20,000 bases of DNA from Halocafeteria seosinensis (lineage: Eukaryota). The stretch is from assembly GCA_001687465.1 (NCBI GenBank), contig LVLI01000143.1, forward strand, positions 50,523 to 70,522, in the 5' to 3' direction. How positions within the stretch are numbered: the stretch's first letter is position 1; the number at the start of each line of letters is the position of its first letter. The notes below the pieces were generated by a model. The model was not told the DNA's origin. It ran no database searches and saw nothing but the letters and a program-made list of their open reading frames with translations. Shown piece by piece: positions 1 through 10,405 of this stretch. The translations under genes were made by a program, and so were the position numbers.

Positions 1-2657
1 CGCGGTCATTGCATCTGGTTGTTCTCTCTGGGTCATCCAAGATATGTGTAGTAGTCTGTCAATGTCCCGGAGGACGAGACGAAGACGATTCCGTACTTCC
101 TGTGGAGTGAGGCTCTCCCGAGCAGGTCCAACATCCAGATTTTGGCCATCATAGAACCAGCGTTGCCAGAATGCTGATGGATTGGAGCCACTCGATGAGA
201 ATCTGGCTAATGCAAACACAGCACGCTTCACAGAATTGCCAATCAACATAGTCCCGACGTAAGAGACCAGCAAAGCGGGGACTAGTGCCATCAACTGCAT
301 ATTCAGATTCTGCTGTTTCCGAATCTCATCCATCGCGAGCATACCATTGAGCATTTCCTTTTTAATAAATTGTATCTGTATCACAAAAGAAACAAAGCTC
401 CTAAAGTAGCATTACGCTATAGCCACTACTGTTCATCACATACCTGGATCAACATCATCTGAACTAGGTCTCCAGTCGCAAAGTAGTAAATTGGATGCAT
501 GATTTCGTTTTCATACGCCTGCGAAACAAATGACATATCCATCGCTTCAGCAGCTGCCACGACGGCATTCTGTGGAATATCTATCAATCCTTTTTGGCGA
601 CGATTAGTCAGAAACGACTTAAGCATGCTGCTCAGCGACCTCTTTGCATCCTTTATTGCTTCTACATCCGCAACATGTGACTGCAGAATACTCAAGAATA
701 CCTTCAACAAGACTCGGGAGTGACAATACCATACGAGGCACACATTGCCACTTACTTCTTTGCGGACAAACAACTCATCCCACATAGAATCGATTGGTCC
801 CTTGAGATGGTCATTGTAAAAGCCCGCGACAGCACGTTTGAACCGATCAACGTTAGCAGCGAGTTCATCCCGATTCCGAATCAATTGGCGAGTGGAAATA
901 GCGGCAACTCCAGAAAAGAGAGATATTTTAAGCCAACTGAAGGACAACAGAGGTAGGCATGGATTCCCAGACAGACTCTTTGAGAACAGCAAATATACTT
1001 ACTTTCGACGAAGTATACCTCGAGGCTCCAACGGTTGCAATCTATTGTGCACTGCATCCTCATAAAGTGCTGCCTTTTCCCCCAACTTTAAGAGCATTAC
1101 ACTGCGTTGACGGCAGGATAGTTGCTCTGGAGGTGTATCCCAGGCTGAGTTTCTACGTGAATCCCTCTGGAAATTGTCTCCGAAGTCTTCCTTCTCCTCG
1201 TCGCTTTCAGATTCACTAATGCTGTCAAGAGTGCTAACCGTACTCTCTTCGGATGCGCTATCACGCCCTGAAGTATCCATAGTAAAGGAAGCCAGCGAAG
1301 CTAGTAGGGACGAGTATTTCTTGCTCCGTGAGCCTTTCCTCCGGCGACGAAATGACTCTGGAATCTCCTTGCTAAGTAACTCCTTTATCAAGTGCAGACT
1401 CTGTTGAGCTATTTGCATAGTTGCTTCCGTAGTCTGAGCTGTAGCAAAGGAGGCTAGTGACCGGCGCAGTTTTCCCAGAAAGTTTAGAAGCGGGATCCTT
1501 GCATCTCTCAAACAGGATACTTTTTCCTGTGGAGATTCATAATGAAGCCAGAAGGGAGCAATGAGGTGGAAAGGACCCTGTTCAATAGCTTCCATCAATG
1601 GACGCTCTATTCGCTGATTCCAGAATGAAATGTACGCATCCACTGGGAGAAGCAGAGAAAAAAGTCTCTGATGCAATTGAGTGACCAAGTCCAATGCACA
1701 TCGGCATTCCAAGAAATGAAGCGAGTCTCGCGCAACTCCAGTCCTTGCCGAAGTCGGGATAGTGGATGGCATTTCCTCGCTCTCACCAGAGGCAGATGCA
1801 GACCCACCATTGTCGTTTCCGTCCCAGAAATTGTGGTATCCTTGATCATGCAACATGGAATCCAAGGAAGTCCAAGGCTCAATGACGTCAGATCTCCACC
1901 ACTCAGGAAGCCGCGGTTCCGAATCAGCCAATAACCCTTCGACGGATTTTCGAAGCGTCCGAAAGTAGCATTGAGTCCCAGGAGGGCAATTCTTCTCCAT
2001 ATCTTTTTCACCCTCACCCTCATCACCTCTGTCCTCCTGGAATTCACCAGTTGCCGGTAGGACACCGTGAGCTTTCCAGAGGCGTCCTACATTCATAAGT
2101 GCCAATGTCGTCACTCTTTGCTCCACCGTCACGCGCGAAAAGATCTCTGGGGGTACTCGAGCTGAAGCAGCCGTCATCCATCCTTGTGGCTGCTGGTGCT
2201 GCTGCGTGGGAACTTTGCTGCTGCCTTGGCGGAACCCAGTGTCGCTTCCTCCCGCCGTGCTACTCGCACAGGGCGAGCCGGGACCTGTAATTTTGGATGT
2301 AGATCCCATGATGTTCCCCCAAAGGTCAGAAGAACTCCCAGCATGCCATCGTGAGCCATGAATGGCAGACGAATGAAAAGACTTTCCGAGGTGGTCGCTA
2401 CTCCGGCTCCCGGTATCGTCTCGTTCAGACGCATCCGGTTCATTTCGATTGCCATACGCAGTCCCACTCGCTTCGCCATGCAGTTCTCCATAGGATCCAC
2501 ATGGATTGGGTCCTATCGGCCTTGTATGGGCTTCAGGAGAGGCTCCTGTTGAAGTTGGATGCCTCCAGCCGTGGCTTTGGCGATCCAGGCTATGCTGGAC
2601 AGCATGCCGAAAATACGACAGATCATTACTATTAGCTTGGTTGCGGTTCATCATCAT
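1..2657 (-). CDS. NCA2: NCA2/DGS1-family mitochondrial membrane protein, 3'-partial; exons 2657-1003, 936-756, 680-444, 375-<1
   Basis: Splicing three GT-AG introns joins the 999..2657 ORF, the 426..992 ORF and an open 125-codon frame at 375-1. The spliced protein reads ...LRRNWLKISLFSGVAA...YENEIMHPIYYFATGDLVQMMLIQIQFIKKEMLNGMLAMDEIRKQQNLNMQLMALVPALL. This resembles the NCA2/DGS1 core as I recall it (G.L.R.LLIQVQK.K.D...AM...D.I...N.NF..LA..PA). The N-terminus is long and S/G-rich. Confidence 0.85.
376..443 (-). other. Spliceosomal intron 3 of NCA2-like gene (68 bp, phase 0)
   Basis: Minus strand GTATGT...TTTCTTTTGTGATACAG. Joins MMLIQ to IQFIKKEM, restoring the conserved motif. Confidence 0.9.
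681..755 (-). other. Spliceosomal intron 2 of NCA2-like gene (75 bp, phase 0, no stop)
   Basis: Minus strand GTAAGT...ATTCTGCAG. Removes the peptide VSGNVCLVWYCHSRVLLKVFLSILQ. Confidence 0.75.
937..1002 (-). other. Spliceosomal intron 1 of NCA2-like gene (66 bp, phase 2)
   Basis: Minus strand GTAAGT...TGTTGTCCTTCAG. Removal skips the TAA at 999-1001 and gives RRN-WLKI in frame. Confidence 0.85.
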
Positions 2658-3240
2658 TGTTGTTATAATTATTTATTATTTATTTAACCGATTCTTAGCG
2701 CGTTACCGTGATGTGATGTATAACATTCATGACAACCCATCAACCAGAGTTCTTAGTTTACGCGTACAAACGCTAAATTCTTAAGTAATTCCTGCAAGGG
2801 ATGGATAGAAGCAGAAATTCAGAGCGTGCCGCATGTGTTTTTGGTGTCTCGCGGCGCAATACATCCCGTGGCATGCCATGCATGCGTCGCATATCGCGGA
2901 ATGGGAATTTTGAATTCCACTGCCGAATTCATGATGCGTCAGCGCGCGCGCGTTCGCTCCGGAAACGTCGAAACAAATAATCCCTTCTCAAATCAATGTG
3001 TAGATCTAATTCGTTAGGTTCAGAGAAACGACCTCGGTTGACAGTGTTGACAGTCACCTCAAGGCAGCTCCTCGGGCGTGCTTGGATCCAGTGTTTGCTT
3101 AGATGATGATAAGTTAGATCTTGGCTTTGGGTGGAAGCTCATTGTGCGGTTGATACCGAAAGCGTGGGGTACAGAGGAATGGATCTCACGATCTCGTTTG
3201 CTGTACAGTATCCTTTATTGCCCGCTGCAAAAAAATACCG
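2658..3240. promoter_or_regulatory. Divergent intergenic/promoter region between the NCA2-like gene (-) and the LRR gene (+)
   Basis: Lies between head-to-head genes. Contains an AT-rich tract next to the NCA2 start (2658-2687), CG-rich palindromes (GCGCGCGCGC near 2942) and a GTTGACAGT direct repeat near 3037-3055. No specific site identified. Confidence 0.35.
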
Positions 3241-3241
3241 A

Positions 3242-3595
3242 TAACTCGCCGAGAGAAAAATTCATGACACAGTTGAAGCGCGCTAAACTTGTTACAAAAT
3301 CACCTCACCAAAAACAGCGATATACATGGTTGTGGAGCATCATGGTCCATAGTTGGATTCCTAACCGCCCGAGAGAAACCTTCATGCACAGTTTAAGCTT
3401 GTTAGACATGTTGATACTGTACATGGTACATCATGAACCATGGTTGGATTCCTAACCGCCCGAGAGAAAAATTCATTCATGACACAGTTTAAGCGTATTA
3501 AACATGTTACACAATGACCTCACCAAAAATGCATGTAGCGTACACAATTGTGGAGCATTCATGATCCATGCTGGTTGGATTCCTAACCGGAATCT
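3242..3595. repeat. Degenerate tandem repeat, about 3 units of ~120, 91 and 131 bp
   Basis: GTTGGATTCCTAACCG occurs at 3352, 3443 and 3574. CCGAGAGAAA..TTCATG(A)CACAGTT(T/G)AAGC occurs three times. ACCTCACCAAAAA and TTGTGGAGCAT occur in units 1 and 3. Confidence 0.9.
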
Positions 3596-3751
3596 ACACT
3601 GTACTTTTGTGAAGCTCCCAATTCACCTTGATTCAAAAGGATTGTCACGTTATAGCTCCCTTTCTAGTAGATCCTAGATTTACCCAAAAGGTTCTTCTGC
3701 GTGTGCCGTCGAATACCGAGGATTCATTTGTGTCATTGATTTGGAAACATC

Positions 3752-5152
3752 ATGTTGTCTCCGAACTTCAACTTGAAGCGGGGTGGGACGATGGTGGAAG
3801 TGTATTTGCGCTGGTTTTCGGCGAGGCGTCAGAGGATAGACCTGGACAAATGCGTAGCGTATTGGGAGCGTGTGTTTGAGGCCGTGGATAAAGATACGGG
3901 AGAGCTATGCCGGGTTCTGCGACAGTATTCTTGGTGGCGATGTACACTGGTGCCTCCTGGGGATTTGGTGAAGTACACGGAATCCAAACTTACACAAGAA
4001 TATCCTAATTTCTGCGGAGGGGTGAAAGTACCAGTGCGGTGGCTAGGGGACAAAAAGTTGGCAGATTTTTTAGAACCAGCGTTTGCTTTGTTCTCGCGGC
4101 TGCGGTCATTGGAATTGATAGTAGCAGATTCAAGTGCTGTTCTTCATCATCGCGCTCCTACAGATCGATGCTTCGTCCATTTGACGAATTTAAGGCATCT
4201 TTACATGGAGCAAAGTACCGCTACAAACATTACGGACACTGCATTCCGATCGTTGTCCAAGCTGGAATCTCTGGAGATGCCCATGTGCAACCAAAACTCC
4301 ATCTCGGATGACGCGTTTCGGCATCTGTCTAATTTGAGGGCACTCAACATGCGAGGATGCAATCAATCAACCATTACCGACAAGGCATTTCTTCATCTAA
4401 GTAATTTATCAAGGTTGACGATCAACGGATGTACTCAAGAGACAATTACGTGGCAGGCCTTTCGCAAACTGAAGAACCTCCGCTCAATGGAAATGTGCTA
4501 TTGTCCCCCATTAGTCATTACCAGATCAACATTCTATTCTCTGACCAATCTGCAATGGTTAGACATAGGTGGAAGTCGTAACGACAAGATATCGGATGAC
4601 ACGTTTCGATGTTTGTCAAATCTAAGAGGTCTCGCCATGAAAGCTTGCAGGCAAACGACCATAACAGATGGAGGGTTTCAGCATCTTTCTCGATTGGAAC
4701 TACTCTATATGAGTGGCTGTGATCAATCGACAATAACCAGTGCCGCATTTGAACACTTATCAAGTGTGGTCCACCTAAGTATGAGCGCTTGTAAGCAAGA
4801 AACGATAACTGATCAGGCGTTTCGATGGCTCTCTCAGTTGACGTCGTTGTGCATGAACTTTTGCGACCAGTCTACTCTTACAGATGGTATGTTTCAACAT
4901 TTGTCAGGGTTGAAAAGTTTAGCGATGAATCATTGTGAACAGCGTACACTCACTGATGACTCATTCCTCCACCTAAACTCTTTAGTCACCTTGGAGATGC
5001 GATATTGTCGTCAACCAACGATTACGAGTAATGCTTTTCGGCACCTATCGAGCCTAGAGGTATTGGAGATGGAAGGGTCAAAAAAATCCATCACGACTAC
5101 CCAACTCCATGAAGTCTTGCCGACCCTCAAGTGGGTGCGAACGAGAAGCTGA
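3752..5152 (+). CDS. Leucine-rich-repeat protein, ~13 Cys-containing 24-aa LRRs (FBXL/AMN1-like repeat type)
   Basis: 466-aa ORF with repeated consensus ITD.AF.HLS.L..L.M..C.Q.T, e.g. ISDDAFRHLSNLRALNMRGCNQST. The true start codon is uncertain. Confidence 0.9.
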   Translation: MLSPNFNLKRGGTMVEVYLRWFSARRQRIDLDKCVAYWERVFEAVDKDTGELCRVLRQYSWWRCTLVPPGDLVKYTESKLTQEYPNFCGGVKVPVRWLGDKKLADFLEPAFALFSRLRSLELIVADSSAVLHHRAPTDRCFVHLTNLRHLYMEQSTATNITDTAFRSLSKLESLEMPMCNQNSISDDAFRHLSNLRALNMRGCNQSTITDKAFLHLSNLSRLTINGCTQETITWQAFRKLKNLRSMEMCYCPPLVITRSTFYSLTNLQWLDIGGSRNDKISDDTFRCLSNLRGLAMKACRQTTITDGGFQHLSRLELLYMSGCDQSTITSAAFEHLSSVVHLSMSACKQETITDQAFRWLSQLTSLCMNFCDQSTLTDGMFQHLSGLKSLAMNHCEQRTLTDDSFLHLNSLVTLEMRYCRQPTITSNAFRHLSSLEVLEMEGSKKSITTTQLHEVLPTLKWVRTRS

Positions 5153-6959
5153 GCTCTAGATGAGAATCTATCAGAGCTTCGATTGCTAGTGTCGGTTCGG
5201 AGACTCGCCTTGACCGGATAGAGCCTATCCGAGCACGCTATAGACTTATAAGGTGTTTCGTGGGGAAGGAGAGAGTGAAGATAACGGAAAATGGCCGGGA
5301 TTTCCCGACAGTGGCCGTCGACGATAATGACGCTATTCCTCTTCCATACAATGCACCATACACCAGGACCGCCTGTATCAGGTGGTATTTTTCATGGTAA
5401 GGATATTCCTCGGCGAAGATGCCCTCTGGGGAATAGCCGAGGGTTAACTCTGGAAGGGAGGTTAGAAGACGATGACATACCAAGTACATACGGAAGATGC
5501 AAACAACTAGAGAAGGAGGTTCAGGAACAAAGCGAGCGTGGTCTCAGATGGTTCTCAAATTGTAGAGCAAGTTAGGTTCAAGTGGACTTCCGTCAAGAGT
5601 CTGTGCAGCATAGAGTCGATGCTCTCGCACCAGATACTGGGTAGTTGCTGACGCTGAATGCTGGGGCAAAATGACTCGACCACTGACGAATGAACACCAC
5701 AACGTTGCCGCCTATTTGCCCCCGCCTTATTGTTAAGAAGGCAGCAGTGGCACAATGAAGTGCTGCGTCCCTCGGTAACTTTAGACTTCACGAGATTGGA
5801 TTCCTGGCCATTGATCAACTTGCGGGGTCTTGATTGCCAGGAAGGAATAGAACAAGAAAGGGACGTTTCGGGTTAGAGGAAGGTAATGGAGTGAGAGGAG
5901 GTATCTCATGAGATTCTCATCTGCCAGTGGATTTACGCTTCCGAGAGTGTGAGTAGGAGCAAGCCGAAGGAAGACGGAGAAAAAGAAATCGAAGAAGATT
6001 TCTATCGACCAAAAGCATTTGTACAGCATGTTTGGTGGAGTTGGTGGTTTTCGTGCTTTTGGATTTGGTGGTTTCGTACTTTGCTTGCCTCCGGCTTCAC
6101 GACTGTTGATCCAGAATAGAGCTGTCTGTTACGGGGCGCTGCCCGATAATCCTGGATGAAGGAACGGATGCCGATGACCCATATAGTAGTTCCGCACAAG
6201 ACTTCCCGGGGTGAGCAATGAGGTTAATGCTCCAGGAGGGATTATAAGGCTACCGTTGGGTGAAGACTTGCACCAGAGTATTGCAAAGCACGCACCGTTT
6301 GGCCGCACTTCCAGGTGTCTACTTCTGCTACTGCATCACGGGGAGGAGGATGCAGGAAGCAACTGCTAAGGAGGTGGCGGATTTCAGTGCTGCGCGGAAC
6401 TTGCTTCAGCAGGTGATTGGCCTTGCAAGACCTCCCTCTTTCGTTGACTCTGAGTAGTCAGACGAGCAGCCCCTGTACACCGCAATCCGCGTGTACCTAG
6501 TTCCCACGGCATTGAAACTCGTCTTACCGAAAAGACATCGATAACTGTCCTTGCCAGCCTTGTTTTCTTGCAGGCTCGAGTATAACACACTAGTTGTCCG
6601 CAAAGGAGAACTCCTAGTGCTTCTATTGCTCGGTCGACGTCCTTCGGAGCGCAGCTAAACTTATTCTCCGCTTCAGTCCAAAGCAGATCACCTGGTACAC
6701 AAACGTGTTGTGGCACAGGATGTGGATTAATACCTGGAGAGTTGCTTTGGGGAGTGATTGTCTAGGTACGTCCATTATCCATTCTCGGCGAGTTGCTTCC
6801 GATCCATTGATTCGTCAGTTACACTAATGTGCTCTGCTGTTGCTGCTGTTGGTGGATTACGTTGAGGAAGTTCTTGATCGCTCCTTAGTTATCTGTGGAC
6901 CAGCCCTGGTAGAACTATTGGCACATGAGGATTGTGGTAGGCGGGAAATGATGCTCATG

Positions 6960-7330
6960 GGTGCTACTTGGTAAGCATTGTTGGCAAAAACAGCACTTTC
7001 GTTGTATCATCCAACTATGCTATTTGTCGGAGCAATGAATACCGGTAGGTAATGCGAGAGGACGTCGATTTTTCCGATGATGGCTGGTGAGCACTTACTG
7101 ACGACCTGCCCCCCATTTCCGTACTAGCACCTAGAGATGTAAGCAGCGCCGCTCGCCGAACCGTTCGAGTTATCGTCATTTCTGGAAGTGCTAGACCAGC
7201 AAAAAGAAAAGCCTTCATTGTTCGGTACTGCTGTAGTAACATGTGTCGCCATTGTTACTGCTAATAAGTCGCCGAGGCCGCATCACCGTCGATCCATTCC
7301 GGTAAAGTTATAAGCGAGCTGGATCTACTG
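6960..7330 (-). pseudogene. Eroded FG-GAP (beta-propeller) repeat gene relic
   Basis: One minus frame reads SRNDDNSNGSASGAAYISRC*YGNGGQVVSKCSPAIIGKIDVLSHYLPVFIAPTNSIVG*YNES. This matches the FG-GAP_2 pattern DD.NG..SG.AYIF....G.W.Q..KL......D.FG.SV.I.....IVGAY, with in-frame stops. Confidence 0.5.
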
Positions 7331-7459
7331 GTACTGTTACTCGAGGGTGAGGCTGCATCTGCACACTTGGCGGTTCTCCCGTGGCTTTCTGATGCCCAGA
7401 AAGTCCAAAAATAAACGGTGGATGAGGGGATGGGTAAACGCTACAGTATGCACCTACTG

Positions 7460-10405
7460 AGTCTAACGATGTGCTTTCCAGATAAGTTGCAGGGCTCAGT
7501 GTGGATGAACTTGTATCACATTGCGTCGAGTCAACGTTGCTGTTGGGTACATAATAATGTTTTGGTTATTTAGCTTCGAGTCCCGCTGCTGCAAAAAGGA
7601 TCACGCATTAATTATTGGGTTACGCCTCAGCGTTTCTCTTTATTAATTCCTTGAAATGCCTTGCCAAGCATCTTCAGCCTTGTACTGTGCGCTTGGGTCT
7701 TTGAACAGGCAGAACAATGACCTTGTCAGGCTGATCGTCTGGTTTACCCGTAACCGAAGCGCTATTTGTCTTAGAAGTTGTCGGCATGGAGCTTCATGTT
7801 GGAGTCAAGCTCGACGATGACGTACCTGTCATAGTCGGAGAACTAGTGGCAGAAGATGAAGCCGAGCGAGTAGATGTCCAGGTTGGTGTAGCACTTGCAG
7901 TACTTGACGGCGTCTCCGACCTTGTCGTTGTCGCTGATGGCGTCGACATCGGTGAAGGAGTAAGAGATGACGGTGGTAATTGACAGCAAATTCTCCTCTT
8001 CGTCGTCACTTTCTCCTCTATCTAAAGCCCATACGTCCTCAGACCATCCTCCCAATTGATATAGTTGCCCCTGTATATCGGTTAAATCATCTGAATTGTC
8101 TGTCTCGACGAAGTTCGTTCCATCATTCACTCCAACGATCGATGCCGCTCCTCCATTTCCATTATATACCGAATATTTCACGTGAATTGTACCACTCACT
8201 TCACTTAATATGTGTCCTATAATACCGCCAGCATCCGTTACAGTGACTGAACCTGATGCATACGTATTTGTGATGTAGACATCACCTGTGGGTTCGCCTG
8301 GTTCCCCTCCTGTCCTGTGTCCTGTAATACCTCCTGCTCGGGTGCCACTAATATCTCCTCGTGTATAACAATCTATGATATGTACTTCACCCGAATCCTC
8401 TGCTGTATCACGCCCACTAATCCCTCCACTACCCCCTGCAGATATTTGTCCCATACTATAACATTCCTTGATATAAACGAATCCATTGGTATGACCAGCA
8501 TTCTGACCCGCAATACCACCACTGGCGTGAGCACCAGGAATGATATCTCCTGTGGAATAGGAACGAGTTATATACACTTGACCATTCGTCAAACCAGCAC
8601 CATTTCCACAAATACCACCTGCAACTTGTCCTTCAATAGTCCCAGTGGAATAACAACCCGTGATATTGGCAATCCCATGATTATATCCTACTTGACGCCC
8701 TGCAATACCACCTGCCTGACCACCCAGTATCATCCCTGTCGAATATGAATTCGATATCTTGATTTGACCATGATCATGACCACTTCGATGACCACATATG
8801 CCACCACCTCTACCAGCAATATCTCCTGATGAGCTACATGAGTCTATGATAAAGAATTTCTGCTCTTGTTGGACAATGAATCCACCTTTAACTGCAGTTT
8901 CCCCATTCCTAACATCAAGATTCCGAATCAACGGAGCTTGATCAAACGATACAGCACTACTCAGTATCGTAAACAATCCTTGGAAACCTGTTATTCCCGT
9001 CAGATCTATGAAGTTCCCATTCTGCCGACCACCGTCAAATGTCTCATTCGCATCCAAGGAGATGTAATCTTGATTCGTATAGCCATGATCACCCCATCTC
9101 AACACACTACAATTCATTTCAAATTGGTGTTGAGCCGCATTACAGTGAAAGCAGGATTCGTTACCATTTAGAATTGCAGATCGTAAATCTGTTGCTACTG
9201 CCTCTTTCAAAAGAATGCAACCGAAAAACAATGACGCCAACAGAATCGTCGTTCGTGACGAAATATTACCGGTACTTTGCACTACGTCAGCCAGGGACGC
9301 TTTTAAATATGTTCCATGCGGAAGTAGTTTCATTCTCCTATTACGGAATATCCATGGAAATTTATATCGCAAGTGAGAAGCTTTTTCCAATGGGTTACTG
9401 GGGGGTACCGAAAGAACTTCGTCTCCGGGAGTTGTAAACTTCCAACCCAATGCCTGTAAAACCAGCACTGATGCGATCAGCAGGCTGAATAAAACAAGCA
9501 GTGATTTCTCTTTTGGGATAGTCAAGGCGTGGAATCCAAGGTGCGTCGGGTGATCACAAAAGCGAAATATCTGTCGGAACCTACGGAGTGGATTCATATC
9601 GCTCGCTACAGTGCTGGCGGTCGTTAAAGCAACACCTTTTCGTCCACTCTCAACCAGCTTGTTCCACCAACGGACATAGTCGGTCGTTGTCCAATGAAAC
9701 CTTGGATAAAAGTCATCCTTCACTTCGGGGTGTGCATTCGTCTCAGATGTTAGCAACCAATGACCCATGAACTTCATGTCACTAGTACTCTCCCGCACGA
9801 CGTTGGTCGCTGCCAGATGAACTGGATCTTCCGGGAGAATTATACTTAGACCCTGCAACCTTCTTCCCGTATTTAGAAGTATGTAGTAGTCACAAGACAA
9901 CATCTTGTGGGTCCTTTCTCCTCGAGATAACCAGCCAAACTGAACCGGCATCGGAAGCCAATGGACATGGTTTCTACGAATCGAATAAGATGACAGCACG
10001 ATACGAACAGAGTAGGCGAAGCGATGCACACTCTGGCGAGATCCATACACCAGGAAAGTATCACACTGAGAAGAGAATACCGGTACGCATTGCTCACCGG
10101 GATTGGATTTGGGACCGTCCGCTTGCTTTCGCTCATTGTCGGATATCAAGTGAGGACGGACAGCAATGAAGGCAACCCCAGTCAACATCAGCGTCCATTG
10201 AAAGGTGGACGAAGATGATATACGCTGGGTGGGTCGTGCCATGGTTACAGTACTGTATTAAAAAGTTGAGAACAGGCCGCGCTATACTTTTCCTTGTTGT
10301 TTCTTCGTCGAACAGTACCACCTTGATCCTTGGATCCGTCGAACCAACGACGGCGACTCATACCTTGACGCTGTAAGGGGACATCTTTCGACTTTTTTTT
10401 TTTTT
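7460..10405. repeat. Segmental duplication copy A (~2.95 kb), direct repeat of 12789-15723
   Basis: Colinear similarity from AGTCTAACGA..CCAGATAAGTTG..GCTCAGT.TGGATGAACTTGTATCA to CTCATACCTTGACG..CTGTAA(A)GGGGACAT plus a T tract. Confidence 0.95.
7843..10242 (-). CDS. Gly-rich GLUG-like repeat surface/secreted protein, copy A; C-terminus frameshifted (ancestral stop at 7674-7676)
   Basis: 799-aa ORF with about 7 repeats of I..CYSTG.I.G..AGGI.G. A signal-peptide-like segment (TTILLASLFFGCILLKEAVA-TD) follows the ATG at 9333, a possible real start. Relative to copy B it has a 14-bp deletion at 7983/7984 and an in-frame TGA at 7794-7796 in the S/T/P-rich tail frame. Confidence 0.8.
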   Translation of the reverse strand: MARPTQRISSSSTFQWTLMLTGVAFIAVRPHLISDNERKQADGPKSNPGEQCVPVFSSQCDTFLVYGSRQSVHRFAYSVRIVLSSYSIRRNHVHWLPMPVQFGWLSRGERTHKMLSCDYYILLNTGRRLQGLSIILPEDPVHLAATNVVRESTSDMKFMGHWLLTSETNAHPEVKDDFYPRFHWTTTDYVRWWNKLVESGRKGVALTTASTVASDMNPLRRFRQIFRFCDHPTHLGFHALTIPKEKSLLVLFSLLIASVLVLQALGWKFTTPGDEVLSVPPSNPLEKASHLRYKFPWIFRNRRMKLLPHGTYLKASLADVVQSTGNISSRTTILLASLFFGCILLKEAVATDLRSAILNGNESCFHCNAAQHQFEMNCSVLRWGDHGYTNQDYISLDANETFDGGRQNGNFIDLTGITGFQGLFTILSSAVSFDQAPLIRNLDVRNGETAVKGGFIVQQEQKFFIIDSCSSSGDIAGRGGGICGHRSGHDHGQIKISNSYSTGMILGGQAGGIAGRQVGYNHGIANITGCYSTGTIEGQVAGGICGNGAGLTNGQVYITRSYSTGDIIPGAHASGGIAGQNAGHTNGFVYIKECYSMGQISAGGSGGISGRDTAEDSGEVHIIDCYTRGDISGTRAGGITGHRTGGEPGEPTGDVYITNTYASGSVTVTDAGGIIGHILSEVSGTIHVKYSVYNGNGGAASIVGVNDGTNFVETDNSDDLTDIQGQLYQLGGWSEDVWALDRGESDDEEENLLSITTVISYSFTDVDAISDNDKVGDAVKYCKCYTNLDIYSLGFIFCH

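Noticed and set aside
426..992. Stand-alone 188-aa gene
   Set aside because: It consists of exons 2-3 of the NCA2-like gene plus intron sequence.
3242..3595. CRISPR-like array (palindromic ~27-bp repeat with variable spacers)
   Set aside because: The spacers are homologous to each other and 64-104 bp long, there are only 2-3 repeats, no cas genes are present and the context is eukaryotic.
6384..6716. Non-LTR reverse transcriptase thumb (IEALGVLL; STKEGGLA) on the minus strand
   Set aside because: The motifs are short and in different frames, I found no YADD-type motif upstream, and the upstream sequence resembles FG-GAP instead.
7786..9437. Plus-strand ORFs overlapping the GLUG-like genes (also 13119-14752)
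   Set aside because: They are antisense shadows of the repetitive Gly/Ser/Thr-rich minus-strand coding sequence.
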